Positions 57,420-64,000 of a stretch of 64,000 nt of DNA are shown in pieces (the first letter of the stretch is position 1; each line of letters starts with the position of its first letter). The translations under genes and the position numbers were made by a program. The notes below the pieces were generated by a model that searched no databases, had not been told where the DNA came from, and saw only the letters and a list, made by a program, of their open reading frames with translations. The stretch is from Planctomycetota bacterium (lineage in GTDB: Bacteria; Planctomycetota; SZUA-567; H5-PLA8): the NCBI GenBank assembly GCA_038227875.1, contig JBBRPR010000004.1, forward strand, positions 96,001 to 160,000, written 5' to 3'.

Positions 57420-59872
57420 AGATGAAAGCCGTTCACCCCAGTCTCATCCTGGCGCTCTGTGCGATCGCGTTTGTGTCAGGAAGCGTTCGCGCGGTTGAGT
57501 CCGCACTCGAACCGCCCTTCGAACGCGGCGCCGATTTTATCCAGAACGAATTGCATCTCGCCCGCACCGGTCTGCGCGCGATGGCCGTCGCGGCTCATCC
57601 CGATGATGAAGACGGCGGGACGCTCAGCTACCTGCGCCGCACGCTCGGCGTGGAGACGCATATCGTTTTCAGCACGCGCGGCGAAGGCGGGCAGAATGAG
57701 ATCGGACCGCAGCTCGGCGCGGAACTGGCGGTGCTGCGCACGCAGGAAATCGAGGCGGCCTGCAAGATCCTCGGCGCGAAGCCGTGGTTTCTCAACCTGC
57801 CGGATTTCGGGTTCTCGAAATCCGCCGACGCGACGTTCGAAAAATGGGGCCACGACGAAGCGCTCCGCCGCCTGGTCCGCATCGTCCGAATCGTGCGCCC
57901 GCACATTCTCTTCACCAACCACGACGCCAACGGCAACGATCACGGCCATCACGTCGCGACCGGCAAGCTGGTGGAGGAAGCTTTCGACGCGGCGGCCGAC
58001 GCGGAGAAATTCAAAGACGACATGGAGAAAGACGGCACGAAGCCGTGGAGCATCTCAAAGCTGTACGTCCGGCATTTCGCGCCGCCGGGCACGACGCTGA
58101 CGTTCGAGATCTCGGAACCGAATCGCATCACGGGGCTCAGCGCCGGGGATATTGCGGCATACGCGCTGACGAAACATGCAAGCCAGGGGATGCAGTTCAC
58201 GCGAAAGATTGGCGAGAAGGAGATGCGGTATTTCACGCTTGTGAAAACGCGGTTTGAAAAGAAAGATGACGTATCGTTGTTGAGCGGCTTTAAAGTTGAA
58301 CCTGAAACACCTGTTGAAACGCATTCGATGGATCATCAAAAATTAGACACGGTTTTCCTCTTCCCAAGTTCCATTGAAATCGCAAAGACATACGCAGGCT
58401 CGAACGACGATCGCAAACCACACGTCGCGGCTGCCTGGGTCGAGTGCAGCGGATTGAAATTCCAGTGCACGGTCGACGATACCGTGCTTTCGCCCGACGA
58501 GCCTGTAAAAATAACCTGCCGGATCGCGAATTCGGGTCAGGAGACGTTACACCTTCAAACCTGGAAACTGATCGGCGAATCGGCAGGTTGGAGCGTCAGC
58601 GATGGCAAACTCGATCGCGATCTGAAGGCGGGTGAGAATTTTGAATTCGAGGTCAGCAGTGCTGCCAACCCGAACGCCTTTCCAACGTTTCCCAAAGTGG
58701 ATTATATTTTCAGTCGCATCGAATCGCGTTCGCCGCTGCAGATGAAGTGTGTCGTGAACGACATTCCTATCATTGCGTCTATCCCCATAGACCTCACAAC
58801 CCCACTCACGACATCCATCCGCCCCGATCCGATCCTGCTCTTCGACGACCCCGACCATGCCGACGACGTTTCGCTGCTCGGCAAGTTCACGCTGGCGATC
58901 ACCAACAACCGGCGCGTCACCGGGGCCGATCCGCTGATGTACTATGCCGGGATCAAGCCGGTCGCCAACGCGCCGGTCGACAACCCCGCAGCGTTTCCGT
59001 TCCGCGACAAGGGCGAAACGCTCTCGCAGCAATTCAAATTCATGGCCAGCAACGAAAAGCTGAACGCCGGCGACGTCGCCGTGCCGCTGAACATCTGGAC
59101 GGAGAAAATCAACTTCGGCGGCCCGGTCGCGCATTTGCGGCGCGTGCCACTTAAGCTGCCCAGTCCGCTGAGCGTCGCGTTGGTGAAGACAACGGGCGAC
59201 GACGTCTGGAACGCGCTGAAAACGCTCGAGGCCGCAGGCTTGGGCTTGAGCGTCACGCAGCTTTCCGACGAAGACCTGCGCACGCTCGACTTCAATCGCT
59301 TCCACACGATCATCCTCGACATCCGCGCCACGCAGTACCGCCCCGTCCTGCGCAGCGTCAAAGAACGGCTGACGCAGTTCATGAAAGACGGCGGCAACGT
59401 TGTCTGTCTCTATCAGAAGGACTTCGACTGGAACGTTGCCGACAAGGAGCATCCCGTCCGCGGCACCGGATTCTTCAAGGGGCAGGGCGGCGGCGGGGAA
59501 CTCGCGCCGTTTCCATTGGAGCTTTCCTTTAAGCGCGTGACGCATCCGGACGCCGAAGTGCGGCTCCTGAAGGCCGATCACCCGCTGCTGCAGCAACCGT
59601 GCAAAATCTGGGCGAAGGATTTTCAAGGCTGGGTGCAGGAACGCGCCGTCTACATGCCCGTCTCGTGGGCGCCGCAGTACACCGCGCTGCTGTCGAGCAA
59701 CGACCCCGGCGAAAAGCCGCTCGACGGGGGGCTGCTGGTCGCCGAGGTCGAGCAGGGCAGCTTCATTTACACCAGTTATGTCTGGCACCGCCAGTTGCGC
59801 GGCGGCGTGCCGGGGGCGTACCGCTTTCTGGCGAATCTGATCAGCTATCCGCGAGTAAAGAAGGGCAACTGA
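57416..59872 (+). CDS. Secreted PIG-L/LmbE family deacetylase with Ig-like and C-terminal GATase-like domains
   Basis: AAHPDDED, TRGEGGQN, RTQE, DFGFSKS, HGHH, GWVQERA and RQLRGGVPGAYRFLANL. ATGA overlap with the permease. Confidence 0.9.
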   Translation: MKMKAVHPSLILALCAIAFVSGSVRAVESALEPPFERGADFIQNELHLARTGLRAMAVAAHPDDEDGGTLSYLRRTLGVETHIVFSTRGEGGQNEIGPQLGAELAVLRTQEIEAACKILGAKPWFLNLPDFGFSKSADATFEKWGHDEALRRLVRIVRIVRPHILFTNHDANGNDHGHHVATGKLVEEAFDAAADAEKFKDDMEKDGTKPWSISKLYVRHFAPPGTTLTFEISEPNRITGLSAGDIAAYALTKHASQGMQFTRKIGEKEMRYFTLVKTRFEKKDDVSLLSGFKVEPETPVETHSMDHQKLDTVFLFPSSIEIAKTYAGSNDDRKPHVAAAWVECSGLKFQCTVDDTVLSPDEPVKITCRIANSGQETLHLQTWKLIGESAGWSVSDGKLDRDLKAGENFEFEVSSAANPNAFPTFPKVDYIFSRIESRSPLQMKCVVNDIPIIASIPIDLTTPLTTSIRPDPILLFDDPDHADDVSLLGKFTLAITNNRRVTGADPLMYYAGIKPVANAPVDNPAAFPFRDKGETLSQQFKFMASNEKLNAGDVAVPLNIWTEKINFGGPVAHLRRVPLKLPSPLSVALVKTTGDDVWNALKTLEAAGLGLSVTQLSDEDLRTLDFNRFHTIILDIRATQYRPVLRSVKERLTQFMKDGGNVVCLYQKDFDWNVADKEHPVRGTGFFKGQGGGGELAPFPLELSFKRVTHPDAEVRLLKADHPLLQQPCKIWAKDFQGWVQERAVYMPVSWAPQYTALLSSNDPGEKPLDGGLLVAEVEQGSFIYTSYVWHRQLRGGVPGAYRFLANLISYPRVKKGN

Positions 59873-60085
59873 AGCGGCGAAATTCAATTCGCCACGGTAC
59901 CTCCCTTCGAGACTCGAGTCCCTAAGGGACATCAACGTGATATCACCCAGTCCAATTTCGCTATGCACTTCGTTTGTTTTTCGTTTTTCAAATTTCCCCG
60001 CCGCCAACCCGACAGACACCCAACGACATAGGGTACATTGAATACAGAGGCGGACTTCCCGCCCCGGCCTGCGGAGGATTGTACC

Positions 60086-60451
60086 GTGCCGAAACTCTTA
60101 ATTGTCGAAGACAACCCCGACCTCCGCACCCTCTATCAGGAGGAGTTCACCGATGACGGCTACGACGTCGCGGTAGCGGAGAACGGTCAGGCGGCGCTGA
60201 TGCTCGTAGAATCCTGCCAACCCGACCTGATCGTGATGGACATCTCCATGCCCGCCATGGACGGCGTCCAGACGATGCACGAAATCCTCCACAAACACCG
60301 CGTCATCCCGATCATTATCAACACCGCATTCCCGCAATACCGCGACGACTACTCGACCTGGCCCGCCAACGCGTACGTGTTGAAGTCCGGCGATTTGACG
60401 GAGCTCAAGACGCGGGTCAAGGAGCAGTTGACGCTCTTTAATCTGGCGTAG
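60086..60451 (+). CDS. Single-domain response regulator
   Basis: LLIVED, IVMDISMP, INTA and YVLKS. GTG start after GGAGG. Confidence 0.9.
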   Translation: MPKLLIVEDNPDLRTLYQEEFTDDGYDVAVAENGQAALMLVESCQPDLIVMDISMPAMDGVQTMHEILHKHRVIPIIINTAFPQYRDDYSTWPANAYVLKSGDLTELKTRVKEQLTLFNLA

Positions 60452-60541
60452 AGAGAACGTGGCTGTCTCGCGAGCCGAGAAACGTCCGTGCGTCCGTGCG
60501 TGGCAGTGCACAGGCTGCCAACTGAAGTTGCCTAGTGCCTT

Positions 60542-61309
60542 CTATTTTTTTCCAAACACTCCCGCGTTCGATCCAAACTGCAGTACCTTATTCAGCACCA
60601 GTTTCGGATCGGGTCGGTCAGAGACGATTTCGGAATAGTGGACCCATTGCACGACGCCTTTGGAATCGATCAGCACGTTCGCGGGAATTGAGAGCGCCTT
60701 GCCCACCTTCCCGAACGTCGCGTGCTGCAGATTCAATTTGCGAATCACGGAGCCGTCGGGATCGCAAGCAAGAAAAACAGGCAGCGCGGGATAGTTTTTG
60801 CGACCTTCCTGAATTGTCTTCAGCGGTTCGATGCACACCGCCACGATCTCGCCGCCTTTGGCTTTAATCGTCTCATGAACTTCGCCGAGCCGCCGCAATT
60901 CATCGTCGCACGACATGCACCAGAAGCCGCGGAAGAAAATGAAGAGGACCGGGCCTTTGCCCACAAACTGGTCCGACGAGAGAGCCTTGCCGTCTTCGCC
61001 CGTGACTTCGAATTCCGGAATCGTTTTTCCCACGTGCGGCCGGTCCGGATGAACCGGCAGCTTGATCATGATGTAGTACATCAGCGTGAAGAGCGAGAAC
61101 GACGCGCACGTGGCCGAGAATAGCCACATATTCAAACGGGGACTGCCCGAAGGCAGTGCAAACGCCGCGCACGCCATCAACAGCGAGCCGTACAACAGCA
61201 CGCGCGTCGGCCAGAGCGTCCGCCGGTACTTCGGGCTTTTCACCACCGGCACATAAGAGACCCAGCCGATGAAGGAGACCACGAAAGAAGCGATGGCGAG
61301 GATCGGCAT
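60542..61309 (-). CDS. Membrane-anchored peroxiredoxin-like (AhpC/TSA, redoxin) protein
   Basis: Three N-terminal TMs and FFRGFWCMSC. Confidence 0.8.
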   Translation of the reverse strand: MPILAIASFVVSFIGWVSYVPVVKSPKYRRTLWPTRVLLYGSLLMACAAFALPSGSPRLNMWLFSATCASFSLFTLMYYIMIKLPVHPDRPHVGKTIPEFEVTGEDGKALSSDQFVGKGPVLFIFFRGFWCMSCDDELRRLGEVHETIKAKGGEIVAVCIEPLKTIQEGRKNYPALPVFLACDPDGSVIRKLNLQHATFGKVGKALSIPANVLIDSKGVVQWVHYSEIVSDRPDPKLVLNKVLQFGSNAGVFGKK

Positions 61310-61522
61310 GGTGCTCCAAATAAGAAAAGGCGCGCGGTTAGACGGTAAACGGCTCTTTTCGATTTTCCATCCGTCATTTTCCATTTTCCACCGCCAGATT
61401 CCCACGCTTGCGAATTGAAAAATGGGAACATGAGAAATGGAAAATGTTCTCTCCCCGTGACTGGCACGCACTGCCTTCCCTTGCTATATCTAAGCGGGCT
61501 CAAAAAATACGGAGGTGTTGAA

Positions 61523-62512
61523 ATGACGGCGAAGAAACCTGTTCATGTTACGGTGACCGGCGCGGCGGGCCAGATTGGCTACGCGTTGTTGTTCCGCATT
61601 GCTTCGGGACAGTTGCTGGGAGCCGACCAGCCGGTCGTGCTGCGGCTGCTGGATCTGGAGCCGGCGATGAAGGCGCTCAACGGCGTCTGCATGGAACTCG
61701 ACGACTGCGCGTTTCCGCTGCTGGCGGGAATTGAACCGACGTCCGATATGAACAAGGCTTTCGACGGCACGTCGTACGCGCTGCTGGTCGGTGCGATGCC
61801 TCGCAAACAGGGCATGGAACGCCGCGACCTGCTCACGGCCAACGGTGGTATCTTCAAGCCGCAGGGCAAGGCCATCGCCGCGAAGGCGGCCAGCGACGTG
61901 CGCATCCTTGTTGTCGGCAACCCGTGCAACACCAACTGCCTGATCGCGCGCAGCAACGCGAAGGAAATTCCGGCCGAACGCTGGTTTGCCATGACGCGCT
62001 TGGACCAGAACCGCGCCAAGACGCAACTGGCGAAGAAGGCCGGCGTTGCCGTCGCCGACGTCAAGAACGTGACGATCTGGGGCAACCATTCGGCCACGCA
62101 GTTCCCCGATGCGAAGAACGCGACGATCGGCGGCAAGCCGGCGTACGACGTGATCTCCGATCACGCCTGGCTGCAGGGCGATTTCGTCACGACCGTGCAG
62201 AAGCGCGGCGCGGCGGTGATTGAAGCCCGAGGCTCGTCGTCGGCCGCTTCGGCCGCCAACGCGATCGTCGATTCGGTAGTAAGCATCCGCACCGCAACCG
62301 CGGCGAACGATTGCGCGGCGCTGGCGGTGGTGAGCAAGGGCGAGTACGGCATTCCCGCCGGCCTGCAGTTCGGCTTCCCGATCAAGACGGATGGCACGAC
62401 GTGGAGCGTCATTCCGAATTTGCCCGTCGACGATTTTGCGAAGAGCAAGATCAAGATCACGACCGACGAGCTGATCGCGGAACGCGAGGACTGCAAAGAT
62501 CTGCTCGGCTAA
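61523..62512 (+). CDS. mdh: Malate dehydrogenase
   Basis: [55 protein letters not shown] and SSAASAANA. Confidence 0.97.
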   Translation: MTAKKPVHVTVTGAAGQIGYALLFRIASGQLLGADQPVVLRLLDLEPAMKALNGVCMELDDCAFPLLAGIEPTSDMNKAFDGTSYALLVGAMPRKQGMERRDLLTANGGIFKPQGKAIAAKAASDVRILVVGNPCNTNCLIARSNAKEIPAERWFAMTRLDQNRAKTQLAKKAGVAVADVKNVTIWGNHSATQFPDAKNATIGGKPAYDVISDHAWLQGDFVTTVQKRGAAVIEARGSSSAASAANAIVDSVVSIRTATAANDCAALAVVSKGEYGIPAGLQFGFPIKTDGTTWSVIPNLPVDDFAKSKIKITTDELIAEREDCKDLLG

Positions 62513-62539
62513 ATTCAGAACGACGACTGAAGAATGAGG

Positions 62540-62575
62540 AATCAGGCGCCCGTCATTGGGCGCCTGATTTTTTTT
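62540..62575 (+). terminator. Intrinsic terminator of mdh
   Basis: AATCAGGCGCCC-gtcatt-GGGCGCCTGATT followed by a T-run. Overlaps the convergent AraC stop. Confidence 0.85.
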
Positions 62576-63437
62576 GATTCCGCCAGGCCAATGGCGTGAC
62601 GTTGAATTCCCCGCGGAAGGCGCGGCCGAAGGCGGTGCCGTCGCGGTAGCCGACCATCTGCGCGATGGCGTTGGCGGAGAGATTGGTCTGCTGCAGCAAC
62701 GTTTGCGCGCGGAGCATCCGTGATTGCAGCAGAAAGTGGCCGGGCGTCTGCTTTCGGAGATCGAAGTATACGTCGCTGAAACGCGAACGGCTGAAACCCG
62801 CGGCCTTCGCCATATCGGCGACGCCAAGGCCCGCGGCGAGATCGTTGCGGACGAGCGATTCGGCGCGCTCGATGCGTTCCTGATGGGAGAGCATGTTGGG
62901 CTGCGCGCCGCGTTCCCACTCGAAACTGACCCAATCGAGCAGCAGGCCTTCCAGCACGTACTGCGCGCGCAGCACGCGCGCGGGCTGGCCCGTGCGCCAT
63001 CCCTTCACGATGGCGGGAAGGACTTCGGCCACGCGCGCCCAGAACAGCTTCGGCAGCACGATGGGCAGATCGACGCCCCAAATGTCGCGCGGAGAAGGCT
63101 GCGCGAATTTGCGCGTCGATTCCCAGTGCGGATCGTTGCAGATCGGCCACGGATGGCGTCCGCGCAGATTATTCCAGATGACTTCGAAGTGCGCCCAGAT
63201 CGGCAGATTGCCTTTGCGGCAATCGATGTCGCTCATCACGCACGGCGGCAAAAGATAGCAGCCGCCGCGCGGCACGAGAAATCGTTCGCCCTCGACGGAA
63301 AGTTCCTCTTCGCCTTTCAACGAACAGGTCAGCACGTAGTTGGTGAGCCGGCGTTGCGGGACCGACCACGGACGCAGCCGGGCCGCATCACCCGCTGCGA
63401 CGATATGGACGTTGTACGGCCCGGTGAGAATTTCCAT
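62553..63437 (-). CDS. AraC family transcriptional regulator
   Basis: VADMAKAAGFSRSRF...IAQMVGY...FGRAFRGEFNVTPLAWR. Confidence 0.9.
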   Translation of the reverse strand: MEILTGPYNVHIVAAGDAARLRPWSVPQRRLTNYVLTCSLKGEEELSVEGERFLVPRGGCYLLPPCVMSDIDCRKGNLPIWAHFEVIWNNLRGRHPWPICNDPHWESTRKFAQPSPRDIWGVDLPIVLPKLFWARVAEVLPAIVKGWRTGQPARVLRAQYVLEGLLLDWVSFEWERGAQPNMLSHQERIERAESLVRNDLAAGLGVADMAKAAGFSRSRFSDVYFDLRKQTPGHFLLQSRMLRAQTLLQQTNLSANAIAQMVGYRDGTAFGRAFRGEFNVTPLAWRNQKKSGAQ

Positions 63438-63606
63438 GCTCTCCAGAATGCGACAAAAAGACAGTAATTCAAGCAGGAAGAAAGGCCTGTTTTGCTAAAA
63501 ACAGGACAAATTATCGATCATATTGGAAAAGTTGCTGATGTACCGCAGACCCGATCAGGTGTAGATTTTTCAGTGCTGTCTATCCGCCCCCGAAAGGATC
63601 TCCGCC

Positions 63607-64000
63607 ATGCGCCTGATTGCCTGGATCGCTCTGCTGAGTGCGCCGCTGCTGTGCTTCATCGGGGCTGCGCAGGACACCGCGCCGTCGCCCGCCCATCCCA
63701 TGGGCTTTCGCGGCGATGGCAGCGGAAAATACCCCAACGCCAATCCGACCCTGGATTGGGGTCGCATCGCCAAAAGCGTCGTGGAACTTTCCGCTCAGGC
63801 GCGCAAGCCCAAGGACGACGACATTCCCGCTAAGGACACTGCCCTTAGTGACGGGACCATTCGCTCGTGGCTGATCCTCGGTCCGATCCCGATCACCAAG
63901 GAGATGAAGGCCGAAGACATTCTGTCGAAAGTCGAATCGCTGCAGCCCGACGACAAAGAGAAGTCAGGCGACCTGGCCTGGCAGTCCGTCAAACTGGAGA
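63607..64000 (+). CDS. Secreted protein, probable PQQ-like beta-propeller family; truncated by the window end
   Basis: Hand translation MRLIAWIALLSAPLLCFIGAAQD...MGFRGDGSGKYPNANPTLDW...WLILGP. FRGDGSG.yP...P...W is typical of planctomycete PQQ-repeat proteins. Confidence 0.6.
   Translation, partial: MRLIAWIALLSAPLLCFIGAAQDTAPSPAHPMGFRGDGSGKYPNANPTLDWGRIAKSVVELSAQARKPKDDDIPAKDTALSDGTIRSWLILGPIPITKEMKAEDILSKVESLQPDDKEKSGDLAWQSVKLE

Noticed and set aside
1..64000. tRNA, rRNA, transposase or integrase genes
   Set aside because: None recognised by eye; a tRNAscan/Infernal run would be needed to exclude them.

Overview
This is a high-GC bacterial window. The gene style suggests Planctomycetota or another PVC-superphylum member (inference: planctomycete-type prepilin cassette, PQQ-propeller and giant secreted proteins, alpha2-type GlyRS). 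About 43 CDS are present: housekeeping genes (glyQS, mdh, anmK, dprA, hppD), sugar-utilisation genes and secreted carbohydrate-active proteins, signalling proteins, and a four-gene pseudopilin cassette. The standout is an apparently intact retron on the minus strand (55601->50197). It comprises a HEAT/ARM-like helical-repeat protein, a translationally coupled winged-helix/SWIM Zn-finger protein, a ~230-nt structured ncRNA and a Myxococcus Mx162-like reverse transcriptase. The ncRNA shows a1/a2 arms, small msr hairpins and a perfect 24-bp msd stem, all readable from the sequence. This matches the functionally little-characterised type XIII retron architecture. Other notable items are an ECF sigma factor fused to a PilB/GspE N2-like domain, shared operator palindromes defining a small GntR regulon, an orphan consensus sigma70 promoter, three tandem palindromes, a structured REP-like family and several apparently leaderless genes. 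All calls are by eye; no searches were run.
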